64,000 bases of DNA from an uncultured Verrucomicrobiae bacterium (GCA_963764165.1 CAVXRD010000002.1:3232001-3296000), one strand, 5' to 3'. Shown: positions 49,791 through 61,670, counted from the first letter of the stretch. The notes: a model not told the origin generated them from the sequence alone. Made by a program: numbers and translations.

Positions 49791-50730
49791 ATGTTGAGAA
49801 AAATTGAATTTGGCTGGCGTGCGGTTTTTAGCCGTTCGACAGGGCTCTTGATTGTCTTGGCGGGCATGGCTCTAGGCTGGCAATTGCCGCTGCCGGCGGT
49901 GGCCGAGGAATCGCCCCCGGCGGACTGGATTGAGTGGCAGCACCAGCGGCACGAGTCCATCGCCGGGCCCAACGGTTGGACTACGCTGATTTCGCTGCAC
50001 TGGCTGCCGGAAGGCAAGACGTCCGTCGGATCGGATCCGACGAATCAGTTCGTGCTCCCGGCGGATCGCGTCACGGGTTTCGTGGGCGTGTTTTCCAGAA
50101 CAGGGGATTCTGTTCAATTCGAGGCCGCGCCGGGAGTCACCGCGCATTCGGGTGGCGCGCCCGTCCATGTGTTGGAAATGAAGAGCGACGCCTCCGATAA
50201 ACCATCGAAGCTGATGGTAGGGTCGCTGTCCTTTGTGATCATCAAACGAGGAGAACGATTTGGCGTTCGGGTGCGGGATCCGGAGTCTCCGGCGCGCCAT
50301 CACTTCGCGGGCTTGCATTATTTTCCGTACCGATTCCTCCTGGCGCCTTCAGGGACGATTCGAAGCATTCCCGTCTCCGCATTCATTGCACGTTCCGGAT
50401 GCGACCGGCGGCATCCAGGAACTGTCTTCGCCCGGCTCTCTGGTGTTTTCGCATGACGGAAAGGAATACCGACTGGACGCCGTTGAAGAAGGCGGGAACG
50501 AGTATTTCATGATTTTCACAGATTCCAGCGCGGGTAATTCAACCTACGCCGCGGGCCGGTTCATGTATGTCCCCAAGCAGGATGCCGAGGGCCATGTCAC
50601 CATCGATTTTAACCGGGCATTTACGCCGCCGTGCGGGTTCACGCCCTTCGCCACTTGCCCGAGGCCGCCCGAACAGAATTCACTTCCATTCGCGATTGAA
50701 GCTGGCGAGCGAAAACCGGAAGGCCACTAA
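49791..50730 (+). pseudogene. DUF1684 protein, +1 frameshift near 50330
   Basis: ...RVRDP...LHYFPY in one frame; DSSWR...TYAAGRF...DFNRAFTPPCGFTPFATCP in the next. Confidence 0.82.
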
Positions 50731-50790
50731 CTTGGGGCGGCGAACTCATTTCGAAATTGCGAAAAAATTCATTCTGTGGAGAATGTTGAA

Positions 50791-51939
50791 ATGCACCCCG
50801 TAATTCGCACCGACGATCCCACGATTGAAGTTGCCTGGTTTTCCGCGCTTTGCAGTGATGATTTCGAGTATTTGGGTGTGCCGGATGGGCGCTATCGCAG
50901 CAGCTTCGAGCATTGCGCGGGCATCATGACGACGGCGGACCGGCTGGGTTATCAGAACATCCTCCTGCCGTCGTCGTTTCAACCGGGGCAGGAGCCTTTC
51001 GTCTTTGCCGCTGCCACCGCTGGGATGACACGGCAGATCCAGCAACTGGTGGCGGTGCGCATGGGCGAAATCCACCCGCCCATGCTGGCGCGGCATATCT
51101 CGACGCTTGACCACATTTTGCGAGGGCGTCTGACCATCAACATCATTTCTTCCGATCTGCCAGGGCAAGTCGAGAGCAACGAGATTCGATATGGGCGCTC
51201 TGCCGAGGTCATCGAAATCCTCAAGCTGCTTTGGACACAGAATGAGCTGAAGTTCAAAGGGAAATATTACGATTTGAACCTGCCAGCGACAGATCCCGTC
51301 AAGCCTTACCAGCAAAACGGCGGTCCGCTTCTCTATTTTGGCGGCATGTCTGATCTGGCCAAGGATTTGTGCGCGCGGCATTGCGACGTTTTTTTGATGT
51401 GGCCAGAGACCGAAGACCGATTGGCCGCGACGATGGCTGAAATGAGCCAGCGAGCCGCGGCTTACGGTCGGAAAATTGACTTCGGCCTGCGCATCCATGT
51501 CATCGTTCGCGAGACGGAAAACGAAGCGCGGGAATATGCCAAGCGCCTTATTTCCAAGCTTGATCCGGAAAAGGGGGCCGCCATCAAAGCGCGCTCCCAG
51601 GACAGCCGTTCTCTTGGAGTGACCCGCCAGGACGAATTGCGGGCCCAATCCAAGGACGACTATATCGAAGAAAACATCTGGTCTGGCATCGGCCGCGCCC
51701 GCTCGGGATGCGGAAGCGCGATCGTCGGCTCTCCCGATCAGGTGCTCAAGAAATTGCAGCGCTATATTTCCATGGGGATGCGCGCATTTATCCTTTCGGG
51801 ATATCCGCATCAGCAAGAATGCGAGTTATTCGCGAAGCATGTGCTGCCCCAATTGAAGACTGGCAAATTGCCGGTCTTGCAGGGACGCGTCCCGTCGCAA
51901 ACCCCAGAAACCCCGCTGACCACCGCGCCCAGAAAATGA
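50791..51939 (+). CDS. LLM-class flavin monooxygenase (SsuD-like)
   Basis: [33 protein letters not shown]. Confidence 0.9.
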   Translation: MHPVIRTDDPTIEVAWFSALCSDDFEYLGVPDGRYRSSFEHCAGIMTTADRLGYQNILLPSSFQPGQEPFVFAAATAGMTRQIQQLVAVRMGEIHPPMLARHISTLDHILRGRLTINIISSDLPGQVESNEIRYGRSAEVIEILKLLWTQNELKFKGKYYDLNLPATDPVKPYQQNGGPLLYFGGMSDLAKDLCARHCDVFLMWPETEDRLAATMAEMSQRAAAYGRKIDFGLRIHVIVRETENEAREYAKRLISKLDPEKGAAIKARSQDSRSLGVTRQDELRAQSKDDYIEENIWSGIGRARSGCGSAIVGSPDQVLKKLQRYISMGMRAFILSGYPHQQECELFAKHVLPQLKTGKLPVLQGRVPSQTPETPLTTAPRK

Positions 51940-52477
51940 GAAACGCCGCGCTGCGGACTGCGCTGGGTCCTCCACCATCACGATCCCGCCGTCAAAATCC
52001 TGCTTTGGAAAATAAATAATCGGGAACGCCCCGAACTCAGGAAAGAGGTTCCTCGCGGTTTTCAGTGGATAGCCGCGTGGTATTCCAGCTCGCGGCCGGC
52101 CTAACAATCCCTTCGAGATTTGCGGATAGGCTTTCAGAGCAAGCATCGCATTCCATTGAAAAACAGCGAGGCACCCAATTCCGCTCCCGCCTCTTTTCGG
52201 GTGCGCCAAAGTCTGTTCCGTGCCTATCAGGAACGGAGGCTTGAGTTGCTTATGCAGAGAGCGGGTTGCAAAGTGTCTCGGCCATCCCGTGCCGACAGAA
52301 GCCAAAAATTGGCATATTCGCCTCGTTTCCTGACGTTCCTGCGGTCCGGATTAAATACCCGAGGTTCGGGGCTTGTAACACGATTTTAACATGGTGAGCG
52401 AAACTTTTCTTCCCCGCAAACTTGACCTTTGGCTGGAATCAGGCATAATACCCGGCTCGGTAGAATTCCAAGACCAA

Positions 52478-54313
52478 ATGGACCATATAAGAAATATAGC
52501 AATTATCGCCCACGTCGATCACGGCAAAACCACGCTGGTGGACTGCCTGCTCAAACAGTCGGGCACCTTTCGCGCCAATCAAGCCATCTCCACTGAGGAA
52601 CGAATCATGGATTCGATGGACCTCGAACGCGAGAAAGGCATCACGATCCGCGCCAAGAACGCCGCTTTCAAATACAAGGATTACAACATCAACATCGTGG
52701 ACACCCCGGGCCACGCCGATTTCGGCGGCGAGGTGGAGCGCATCATGAACATGATCGACGGCGTGCTGCTGGTGGTGGATGCCGCGGACGGGCCACAGGC
52801 CCAAACGCGGTTTGTCTTGCGCAAGGCGCTGGAAGCCGGCGCCAAGCCGATTGTGGTCATCAACAAAATTGACCGAGACAACGTCAACCCGCACAAGGTG
52901 CTCGACCAGGTGTTTGAATTGTTCATGTCGCTCCACGCGACCGACGAGCAATTGGATTTCCCGACCGTTTACACCAGCGCCAAGAACGGTTACGCCAAAA
53001 TTCATTTGACGGACGAAAGCACCACGATGGAGCCGCTCTTCGCCGCCATCATCAAGCATATTCCTCCGCCCCGCGCCCAGGCCGGCACCGAGTTCAAAAT
53101 GCTGGTGGCAAACCTCGATTACTCCGATTACCTCGGCCGTATCGCGTTTGGAAAAATTTACAGCGGCCACGCGAAGGTTGGCGATCCCGCTGTTTGCATT
53201 CACGGCGATGGTCGCAAGACCGAGGGGAAAATCACGCAAATTTTCCATTTCGAGGGCTTGAAGCGCATCGAGATCACCGAGGCGCATGCCGGCGACGTCA
53301 TTGGCGTGGCGGGTTTTGAGGAAGTGTTTATCGGCGAAACGATCACCGATAACGCCTCACGCACGCCTTTGCCCTTCGTGCCGATTGACCCGCCCACCAT
53401 TCAAATGCAGTTCGCCGTCAACGACGGACCGCTGGCGGGCAATGATGGGAAACTGGTCACGGCCCGCCATATTTGGGAGCGTTTGACCAAGGAAGTCCGC
53501 ACGAATGTGGCCTTGCGCATTTCGCCGTCGGAAGTTCCGAATATTTTCAACGTCGCGGGACGCGGCGAAATGCAGATCGCCATTCTGGTCGAGCAGATGC
53601 GCCGCGAAGGTTACGAGGTTTTGGTCTCGCGCCCCGAGGTCATTTACAAGAAGGATGCCGAAGGCAAGCTCTTGGAGCCATTCGAAAAATTGTTCCTGGA
53701 AATTCCCAAGGAATCCATGGGGCCGATCATGGAGAACCTCGCCAACCGCAAGGCGGACATTGTGCAGATGGATCACCACGGCGCGGAAATCACGATCGAA
53801 GCGCTCATCCCGATGCGCGGCCTGATTGGTTTTGAGACCGACGTGGTCAACATCACCCGCGGAATGGGCACGATGAGCCATCTGTTCCACGAATACGGCC
53901 CGGACCGCGGAGACATCGCCGCGCGCAAGAATGGATCGCTGGTCAGCATGGAGGACGGCGAAGCAATGGCTTACGCGTTGAACATGGTGCAGGAGCGCGG
54001 CCGCCTCATGGTTGAGCCGGGCGACAATATTTACAAGGGCATGATCGTTGGCGAAAACGCCCGCGAAAACGACATCCCGGTGAACCCGTGCAAGGCCAAA
54101 CGCCTTACCAACATGCGTTCGCAAGGCGACGGCAAAGGCATCCAATTGGATCCGCCGCTGAAGATGTCACTGGAGCGCGCCTTGGAATACATCGGGCCGG
54201 ACGAATACGTTGAGGCGACGCCGAAGAATCTGCGCCTGCGCAAAAAAATTCTCGACGAGAACATGCGCAAACGCGCCGCCCAAAGCCGCGCCCCCAAAGT
54301 CGTCGCTGAGTAA
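52478..54313 (+). CDS. typA: Translational GTPase TypA/BipA
   Basis: [40 protein letters not shown]. Confidence 0.97.
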   Translation: MDHIRNIAIIAHVDHGKTTLVDCLLKQSGTFRANQAISTEERIMDSMDLEREKGITIRAKNAAFKYKDYNINIVDTPGHADFGGEVERIMNMIDGVLLVVDAADGPQAQTRFVLRKALEAGAKPIVVINKIDRDNVNPHKVLDQVFELFMSLHATDEQLDFPTVYTSAKNGYAKIHLTDESTTMEPLFAAIIKHIPPPRAQAGTEFKMLVANLDYSDYLGRIAFGKIYSGHAKVGDPAVCIHGDGRKTEGKITQIFHFEGLKRIEITEAHAGDVIGVAGFEEVFIGETITDNASRTPLPFVPIDPPTIQMQFAVNDGPLAGNDGKLVTARHIWERLTKEVRTNVALRISPSEVPNIFNVAGRGEMQIAILVEQMRREGYEVLVSRPEVIYKKDAEGKLLEPFEKLFLEIPKESMGPIMENLANRKADIVQMDHHGAEITIEALIPMRGLIGFETDVVNITRGMGTMSHLFHEYGPDRGDIAARKNGSLVSMEDGEAMAYALNMVQERGRLMVEPGDNIYKGMIVGENARENDIPVNPCKAKRLTNMRSQGDGKGIQLDPPLKMSLERALEYIGPDEYVEATPKNLRLRKKILDENMRKRAAQSRAPKVVAE

Positions 54314-54319
54314 ATCTGT

Positions 54320-54390
54320 GAGGCTTGGCGGGGCGAGGCTGCCCGCCGAGCCGCGAAGGTGGCTCGGCAGAAGGCTCGCCTGCCGACCTC
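54320..54390. repeat. REP-like imperfect palindrome between convergent genes
   Basis: GGCGGGGCGAGG...GCCGAGCCGC/GTGGCTCGGC...CTCGCCTGCC. Confidence 0.6.
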
Positions 54391-54392
54391 AA

Positions 54393-54926
54393 TTAGAGAA
54401 ATGCGCCCAACCTTTCTATCAATTCTTCAGTCGTGCCGCTGTTATCTACAGTGAAATCGGCCATGGCGGCGACTTTGTCGACCTCTTGGGCTCCCGAAGC
54501 GGCGGAGCGCTCGTGGTTTTCGATGGCCTGGAATTCCTCGAAGGAAATATTATCACCGGGCCGGTTGCGTTTTCGGGCGCGTTCATAGCGAATCTGGAGC
54601 GGAGCGTCTACAAAGAGAAGAATGAACTCCGTCCCGAATTGACCGCGGAAAAGCTCGACTTCCGCCGTGCCGCGAATGCCCGAAATGATCGCGTTTCCTG
54701 TGATCCGGCTAATGGCCAATTCGGCCAGGTATCCCATGCCGCGAGTTTTTTTGGCGTCGGCGGCGAATTGGCTCATGGTGGCGCGATCCACCGGCAAGCC
54801 GCGGCCGCGCATTTCCTCCCGCAGGGTGTCGCCCAGGGAAATGTGCTTGCAGCCTTTGCCGACGAAGAAATCGGCCACTGTATCCTTTCCCGACGCGGGC
54901 TGCCCGCAAATGCCGATGATCTTCAT
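54393..54926 (-). CDS. P-loop kinase (dephospho-CoA/nucleotide kinase-like)
   Basis: IIGICGQPASGKDT, GIR...E, RYERARKRNRPGD. Confidence 0.8.
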   Translation of the reverse strand: MKIIGICGQPASGKDTVADFFVGKGCKHISLGDTLREEMRGRGLPVDRATMSQFAADAKKTRGMGYLAELAISRITGNAIISGIRGTAEVELFRGQFGTEFILLFVDAPLQIRYERARKRNRPGDNISFEEFQAIENHERSAASGAQEVDKVAAMADFTVDNSGTTEELIERLGAFL

Positions 54927-55038
54927 CCGGCTTTAATACGCCATGAAGCGCCTCCTCTCAAGTTCGGAGAAAAGTCCGCCTCTTTTGCGAGGGTAAAAGT
55001 TAGACTGATTTTTCGAAATGGCATAGTGTGGGATTGAA

Positions 55039-56130
55039 TTGAAAATATGTGTCTCAATGGCGGATCAGTCATTTCAGCGGACAAAATCCATCGGCATTCT
55101 CAATGTTTCGCTCGGGCTGCTCGAAGGATTGGCCAGGCATCCCGCGGTTGAAAAACTGAACGTCCTGAGCAATTCGTCGCTCATTCTGCCAAATGGCGGC
55201 GGCCAGAAGCCGGCCATCAGGAATTATGACGCGCCGGCGCGCGGCAGGCTGTCCCGCATGATTTGGGATCAGTGGTATGTTTATCGGGCGGCGGCCATGA
55301 CCGGCTGCGACTGGCTCTTGCTGCCCAAGGGATACACCTCCTTCTTGGCCGCGCCACCCATCAAACTGGCCGCTTACGTTCACGATGCCATGCAGGATTT
55401 CTATCGGACAAAGCATCCGGGCACAGTCTCGCGGACCGAAGAATGGTACTTTGACCGCAGCTTTGCTGCCACGCTTCGGCAGGCGTCCGTGATCTTCACG
55501 AATTCTGATTTTTCCCGGGGAGAAGTCATGCGAATGGCCCAAAAACTCCATATTGCGGCTCCGCCGGTCTTGACCGCCGGCATCGGATTCTCCCGGCCAG
55601 CTCCGCGGCCTTCGGCCGGGAAAGAAGACTATATCGTGGTGCTGGTGAGCAAATGGCCCCATAAATTGACCGGCGTGGCGTTGGAATATGTGCGTCGCTG
55701 GCAGGAACAGGCGCTTTATCCGGGCGCCATCCACCTTGTCGGCCAGTTGCCGGACGGTTTGCCAGCCCCTGTTCTTCCAAAATGGAGGCATTTTCCACGA
55801 ATGCCGGACGCCGATTACCTTTCCATGCTGAACCAGGCGCGTATTCTTGTTTACTTTTCCGAATACGAAGGTTTTGGCATGCCTCCCATCGAAGCTATCC
55901 TCCAGGGAACGCCGCCCGTTTATTCGCGCATTCCAGCCATGCAGGAAAGCTCCCAAGGCTGCGGTTTTTTATTTGACAATGATTCGGAGCAAGGTTTCCG
56001 AGCGGCGATGGCAAGCGCGCTGGCGTGCGAGGAGGGGACGGTCGAACAGTGGGCCAAACTTCTTCAAGGGAGCCATGATTGGCAGGCCGTCACCGAACGG
56101 GTGGTGGCCGGCCTGACCCGGCAGCGCTAG
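55039..56130 (+). CDS. Glycosyltransferase family 4
   Basis: SEYEGFGMPPIEA. Confidence 0.88.
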   Translation: MKICVSMADQSFQRTKSIGILNVSLGLLEGLARHPAVEKLNVLSNSSLILPNGGGQKPAIRNYDAPARGRLSRMIWDQWYVYRAAAMTGCDWLLLPKGYTSFLAAPPIKLAAYVHDAMQDFYRTKHPGTVSRTEEWYFDRSFAATLRQASVIFTNSDFSRGEVMRMAQKLHIAAPPVLTAGIGFSRPAPRPSAGKEDYIVVLVSKWPHKLTGVALEYVRRWQEQALYPGAIHLVGQLPDGLPAPVLPKWRHFPRMPDADYLSMLNQARILVYFSEYEGFGMPPIEAILQGTPPVYSRIPAMQESSQGCGFLFDNDSEQGFRAAMASALACEEGTVEQWAKLLQGSHDWQAVTERVVAGLTRQR

Positions 56131-56264
56131 ATTCCAAAGATTCAAATTGCCGTCAACAGGGTTTGGCGAGCTTCGTAGTATACCGGATAGCGGCTGGGGA
56201 GTTGTTTGATGCATCCTCTTGCTTGAAAGTTATCAATTCCTTTTCAACCACAGGGTGACCCATC

Positions 56265-57227
56265 ATGAAACAAGAAGCTATTTTCGGCCGTGCCAGTGTC
56301 GAAGTGAGTAACGGAACAAGGCTGCTCGCGGGGCTTGTCCTTGTCGCGGCAATTCTATGCCCGCGATGGACGTTTGCGGCGGGGCCTCCGCCTGTTAATC
56401 TAAATTCCGCCGCCCATTTCACCGTTCTGGGCGAAAGCACGGTCACGACGACAGGCGGTGGCATCATCAATGGCGACGTCGGACTGTATCCCGCCGGCTC
56501 GCAGGGCATTCCGCCCGGACAGATTAATGGCACCATCTACAACGGCGGCCCGATTGCGGAGCAGGCGGAGGCTGACTTAAACACGGCGTTTATCAACTCC
56601 AGCCCCGCGAAACTTCCCGGAGGCATCAACGTCGGCGCCGAGCTTGGCGGCCTGACGCTGGCTCCCGGCGTCTATCAATCCCCGTCGGGCGCGTATGGAA
56701 TTACACTGGTGGATCTCACGCTCGCCGGCGGTCCCAACGATGTCTGGGTTTTCCAGATGGCTTCCACTCTGACCGTCGAAGTCGGGCGCCAAGTCATCTT
56801 GACTGGCGGCGCGCAGGCCAGAAATATCTTCTGGCAGGTCGGCAGTTCTGCAACGCTGAATACAGGCTCCGTCTTCGCGGGAACCATCATGGCGTCCGCC
56901 TCAGTCACAATGAACGCCGAGACAACATTGAACGGCAGGGCTATGGCCCAGTATGGAGCGGTGACATTCAATGGGTCTCAAGGAAGTTTGCCCACGCCGG
57001 CGCCTCCCATTTTTACGTCCATAACCGTTGCACCCACCAACTCCGCCATCATGACTTTGAGCACGACGCCTTACTTTCCGCTGACATTGCAATCGAGCAC
57101 AGACCTTCTGAATTGGACCATCGTTTCCACGGACACGCCGGCTACCAACATCTGGTCATGCACCAACACCGTGGGACCGGAGGCAGTGCGGCGGTATTAC
57201 AGGGCGTTTCTCTACCCTTACCCATAA
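56265..57227 (+). CDS. DUF3494 ice-binding-family secreted protein
   Basis: ELGGLTLAPGVY, VWVFQ, NIFWQVGSSATL, GRAMA. Confidence 0.9.
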   Translation: MKQEAIFGRASVEVSNGTRLLAGLVLVAAILCPRWTFAAGPPPVNLNSAAHFTVLGESTVTTTGGGIINGDVGLYPAGSQGIPPGQINGTIYNGGPIAEQAEADLNTAFINSSPAKLPGGINVGAELGGLTLAPGVYQSPSGAYGITLVDLTLAGGPNDVWVFQMASTLTVEVGRQVILTGGAQARNIFWQVGSSATLNTGSVFAGTIMASASVTMNAETTLNGRAMAQYGAVTFNGSQGSLPTPAPPIFTSITVAPTNSAIMTLSTTPYFPLTLQSSTDLLNWTIVSTDTPATNIWSCTNTVGPEAVRRYYRAFLYPYP

Positions 57228-57328
57228 CCATTGGAGAGTGCGTAGAACACCGAATATCTCCCAAAGAGCTATTCGCGGCATTCTTCATTGAAGCTAACCG
57301 ATTCATTGTCAATACCAGAAATTATTTT

Positions 57329-58300
57329 ATGAAACACAAAACTATTATCGGCTCAAACATTGCCGGAGGGCAAAACGGAACAACCCTGCTTGCCGGGCTT
57401 GTCCTTATCGCGGCGATTGTTTGTCCGCAGCGGGCGCTCGCGGAGGGCCCGGCCCCGGTCAATCTGGGATCAGCCTCCCATTTCGCCATTTTGGCTGGCA
57501 GCACAATCACCTCAACCGGCGGAGGCTTGGTTAACGGTGATGTCGGGCTGTTTCCGGCCGGTTCAGAGGGCATCCCGCAGGCGCAAATTAACGGGACGAT
57601 TTACAATGGCGGCGCGATTGCTGAAGCAGCCCAAGGCGATTTGACCGCCGCAGTGCTCGCCTCCAGCCCCCCTGCGCTTACCGGCGGCGCCAATGTAGGC
57701 AATGAACTGGGCGGGCTAACGCTGGCCCCTGGTGTGTATCTATCACCGTCCGGAGCCTACGGAATCACCGCGGTGGACCTCACGCTGGCCGGCGGCTCCA
57801 ACGATGTGTGGGTTTTCCAGATGTCAACAACGCTTACGGTGGCCGCCGGGCGGCAGGTAGTCTTGACAGGCGGGGCGCAGGCCAGAAACGTTTTCTGGCA
57901 GGTCGGCACCTCGGCAACGCTTGGGGCGTCCTCGGTAATTGAAGGAACCATCATGGCCTCCGCCTCCATCACCATGAACGCCCTCGCGACATTGGACGGC
58001 AGGGCGCTCGCGCAAAGTGGAGCGGTCACCTACAACGGCTCCCAAGGCAATCTGCCCTTGCCCGCGCCGCCCATCTTCACGTCGATAACCAATGTGACCA
58101 CCAATTCCACAACGTCCTCAACCATGGTTCTGAGCACAACCGCTTACCTGCCCCTGACATTGCAATCCAGCTCGAATCTTTTGACCTGGACGCCAATTGT
58201 TACCAACACGCCTGCTACAAACGTCTGGATCTACACTAACACTGTATCGACCAATGCATCCCAGCAGTATTACCGGGCGTCCCTCAGCCGTTATCCGTAA
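57329..58300 (+). CDS. DUF3494 ice-binding-family secreted protein (tandem paralog)
   Basis: Same motifs, collinear with 56265-57227. Confidence 0.9.
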   Translation: MKHKTIIGSNIAGGQNGTTLLAGLVLIAAIVCPQRALAEGPAPVNLGSASHFAILAGSTITSTGGGLVNGDVGLFPAGSEGIPQAQINGTIYNGGAIAEAAQGDLTAAVLASSPPALTGGANVGNELGGLTLAPGVYLSPSGAYGITAVDLTLAGGSNDVWVFQMSTTLTVAAGRQVVLTGGAQARNVFWQVGTSATLGASSVIEGTIMASASITMNALATLDGRALAQSGAVTYNGSQGNLPLPAPPIFTSITNVTTNSTTSSTMVLSTTAYLPLTLQSSSNLLTWTPIVTNTPATNVWIYTNTVSTNASQQYYRASLSRYP

Positions 58301-58336
58301 CTCCAGGTGGGAAACCTGCCTTTTCCATTTGCTCCT

Positions 58337-58714
58337 CTATTTGGAACCCATATTAATCCACCACTCGTGATCGGGGTGGCCCGATTTGGGGCGGTATCTT
58401 GCTCGCTGGTAAATTGTCGCCAGAACGCCTTTTAAATCATTGTTCGAGATGGCGCGCTTGGTTTGCCAAAGTTTGAGAAGAGAACAGGTCGACCATAATT
58501 CGATTTTTAATCCCTCGCTTTGGATTAGATTCCGCCCCTTTCGATCGTCTGTGGCTAGCGCGAAATTCCGGGCTTCGGCAATGGCGATGGATTCAGCTTC
58601 TCCGTCGTCGAGTTTGGAGGCCAATTCGATGTAACGGAGCTTTTCATGATCACCTTGCGCGGCGACAGTCTCCAAAAGCCCCTTGTTGGCGAGGGGTTTT
58701 AGGTCAATAAGCAT
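58337..58714 (-). pseudogene. PIN-domain protein fragment (N-terminus missing)
   Basis: LDDGEAESIAIA...LATDDRKG; the N-terminal Asp strand is absent. Confidence 0.65.
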
Positions 58715-58755
58715 CAGTTCTCCGGTTTCATCGTTACATGAGTGACCGTGTCCTT

Positions 58756-59076
58756 TTACAAGCTGAATAAGCGGACGAGCCCGGCATCAATGGCCTCCAA
58801 GCCGCCAGCCGGGAGAGAACCGAGCAGTCTGCCGATCTTGGCATGATCGACTCCCACCATCCCAATGAGGTTGATTACGGATTCTTCCGCCAGCCATCTG
58901 GGTTTTGGAAAGGGGATCTCGCATTCGCCTCCACGAATCTCCGTGGTTAGAGGGGCCACCACCGACATATTGCGGCACCCATCGGCATTGGGGATGGAAA
59001 TGACCACGCAAGGTCGCACTTTCCCGACGTAACCCAAGTCCACCAGAACGACGTCGCCGCGTCTAAAGCTGGTCAT
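58756..59076 (-). CDS. MazF/PemK-family toxin
   Basis: RRGDVVLVDL...KVRPCVVIS...VAPLTT. Confidence 0.88.
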   Translation of the reverse strand: MTSFRRGDVVLVDLGYVGKVRPCVVISIPNADGCRNMSVVAPLTTEIRGGECEIPFPKPRWLAEESVINLIGMVGVDHAKIGRLLGSLPAGGLEAIDAGLVRLFSL

Positions 59077-59293
59077 ACAAGACTGTTGGAGCCGGGCCGA
59101 GCTTATCCCATGTCTCCGCTGCCGCCGCCGAAAGGTCAGACTCGCCGGGGGCCAACTCGCGAACGTGGGGCAACCCGAATTTAATCGCCTGAAGCATCGC
59201 TTCCTCGGTCGAAAGATGGGTGTCCGCTGCCTTGCGTTTGACCTCTTCCATGAGTTCCTCGGGCAACCCGAGCGCATAAGTCGTCATGCTCAT
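59063..59293 (-). CDS. Putative antitoxin (RHH-like)
   Basis: Small acidic ORF overlapping the toxin start. Confidence 0.7.
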   Translation of the reverse strand: MSMTTYALGLPEELMEEVKRKAADTHLSTEEAMLQAIKFGLPHVRELAPGESDLSAAAAETWDKLGPAPTVLYDQL

Positions 59294-59480
59294 GTGAAAA
59301 TGATACCAGCTTAGGGCGATAATTCAAGATTGTTCCAGTTGGACACTGACGCCTGATAGTATGTCAATAATGTCAATACATGTGATTTTGTGGTTCGACC
59401 CAAAATTCACGGGATGCCAAAGCCGTCGAAAATTATACATTTTACTCGATCATTTGGACGAGAGTTCGAATGTTAAGCTG

Positions 59481-60020
59481 CTATTTATCAAGTTGGGTTT
59501 GGTTTACTTGACTGGTTCTGCCAGCGATTGCGTACGCCCCCGCACTGAGCCCAATGATCGGAATTCCCAGCGCGCCCGACACGACGGAGGCGGTATTTGC
59601 GTCCACTACCTCAAACTGAAACATCATCCGACCGGGTTGTGTGTTGCGTTCGATACCCTTGACGCGAGAATTTCTAATTCTTCGTCTCCCGGAACCAGAA
59701 ATAGATTCTCTGGTACGCGAGGATTCCGGTCGGCGGCCCGAATGATGTGGCTCGCCCCGCTTTTTGGATCCTGGTAAGGGCTCGCAATTCTGCCTCGTAT
59801 GTAACCGGCAATGGTCTGCCTTGGATTGGAAGCCCCCCGCCTCGCCGGTGACCATCCCACCCAAAAGCATGCTCGACGAATTGGCTTGCGGGCCCATATC
59901 GATCACCAAAATATTTTCACTTGCGTGAGTTCGCGCGTATTCGGATGCGATTTGGAAGGTGAGGTAGCTTTTTCCGACCCCGCCTTTGTTGTTCCACAAA
60001 GCGTATGTAGGGATATATTG
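59481..60020 (-). pseudogene. ParA-family ATPase remnant
   Basis: YALWNNKGGVGKS, VIDMGPQANSS; frameshifts and deletions; IS inserted at the 5' end. Confidence 0.8.
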
Positions 60021-60295
60021 GGGAATTATATACATTGTTACCCTGACGGGTAAGGCGGGTCGGTTCGGCTTGCGCTTCAAAAGTCACGGTTTCTTCGCTG
60101 TCGGTTTCGCGGCCACTGGCGGCGCGGGATTCATTGGCGCGGCTTGCAACGCTTTCGCGGTTTGCTTGCCTTTGCCGCTGCCCATCGCGACAGCGGCTAA
60201 AGCGCGGGCGAACGACACCTTTAGCGGTGGATGTATTTTTTGCGGTCTGCTCATAAATTACTTGCTGTGCAAAATGCACTTAATAACATAACCAA

Positions 60296-60667
60296 ATGAC
60301 ATGGAGTGAGATTGCGGAAGAACTATCGGCTGAGGTTGAGAGACTGCAACCCCTGCTAAAAGCTCAGAAAGAGAATATTTGTCAAGGTGCTGATTTGATT
60401 GAACTGGAGAAACGCTGCTTTTGTGAAATTGACGACGCTTGCCAAAAGTTTGCAGAGTCCGGCAAATGGCCAGCACTAGACCAAAGCAAAGCCGTCTTAG
60501 CCTACTCCAGACTTGTTCATGCGGCTCTCTTTGTTGATTTTCTTTCCGAAGCGCCGGATTCAATTTCGATGCTTCCAATAGAGGATATGCGTAAAGCCAC
60601 CGTCCTAAATTTTTTACTCTTGGATTATTGGCGTTTTGCAGGTTGTGCGCGTTGGCGAACTTCATAA
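60296..60667 (+). CDS. Hypothetical passenger protein
   Basis: 123-aa ORF inside the TIRs. Confidence 0.55.
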   Translation: MTWSEIAEELSAEVERLQPLLKAQKENICQGADLIELEKRCFCEIDDACQKFAESGKWPALDQSKAVLAYSRLVHAALFVDFLSEAPDSISMLPIEDMRKATVLNFLLLDYWRFAGCARWRTS

Positions 60668-60700
60668 ATTGTTTTCAATGTAGGATGCGAGTCAAAACAT

Positions 60701-61618
60701 TCATGCAGTCAACCTTTTATACGGCAGTTGCGGGTTGTCCGTGGTGCCAGTCACAACGCTTGAGAAAACTTCCGTCATCGGCTGTCCCTTGCAGTTCAAG
60801 CGATAGGCGAACTCGTCAACGTAACGCGGCAGGTGCTTCTTGCTCATCTGGTGGTAAACACCGTGATACCCGCGCTTGAACAAGGCCCAGAACGATTCGA
60901 TGCCGTTCGTGTGCGCCTGACCGACTACGTACTGCTGCTGACCGTGTTTGACCGGCGTGCGGATGTAGCCGACAAGACCGTTGTAGCCGCGATGTTCATC
61001 CGTGTAAATCGTGGAGCCGTGAACGATGGCCGCTCTGATCTGCGGGTGCAACTGCTCTGCGCCAGTGTTCTCAATCACTTTGGCCTTCACTTCGCCGCCG
61101 CGCTGGCGCATGCCCATCACGACCGCTTTGCCCTTGCCGCCAGTGCCGACACTTGCTGGGCGTTTCGTGGCGTGCATGTTGCGCACCAGACCGCCGACAT
61201 ACGTTTCATCGACTTCAATCGTGCCGAAAAGCTGCCCCTCGTTCTGTTGCATTGCAGAGCGCAAGCGGTGGTCCATGAACCACGCCGTTTTTTGCGTCAC
61301 GCCGACGTGCTTCGCAAGCTGCACACTGGAAATGCCCTTGCTCGTGGTAGAGAGCAGGTAAATCGCGATGAACCACTTGCGAAGGGAAACTTTCGTTGCG
61401 CCGAACACCGTCCCGGTGACAATGGTGAAATCTTCTTTGCACGAGGCGCAGCGGTAACGCTTGCCGCCTTTGAACGAGTAAATTTCCTTGTGGCCGCAGT
61501 GCGGGCAATACTCGCCGTTGCGGAACCGGATGCCCGCGAAATACGCCCGGCAAGTTTCCTCGTCGTGGAAGTGTTCCAGAAACTCGGCCAGCGTTTCAAA
61601 ATCCAGTATGTCTTTCAT
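60701..61618 (-). CDS. IS1595-family transposase
   Basis: CPHCG...CASC zinc ribbon, EVDETYVGG, YTDE, HTNGIESFW. Confidence 0.95.
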   Translation of the reverse strand: MKDILDFETLAEFLEHFHDEETCRAYFAGIRFRNGEYCPHCGHKEIYSFKGGKRYRCASCKEDFTIVTGTVFGATKVSLRKWFIAIYLLSTTSKGISSVQLAKHVGVTQKTAWFMDHRLRSAMQQNEGQLFGTIEVDETYVGGLVRNMHATKRPASVGTGGKGKAVVMGMRQRGGEVKAKVIENTGAEQLHPQIRAAIVHGSTIYTDEHRGYNGLVGYIRTPVKHGQQQYVVGQAHTNGIESFWALFKRGYHGVYHQMSKKHLPRYVDEFAYRLNCKGQPMTEVFSSVVTGTTDNPQLPYKRLTA

Positions 61619-61670
61619 TCTGGTAGCAAGTTACCCTAAAAGTTTAGGGTAGTCAAGTGGCAAAATGGAT

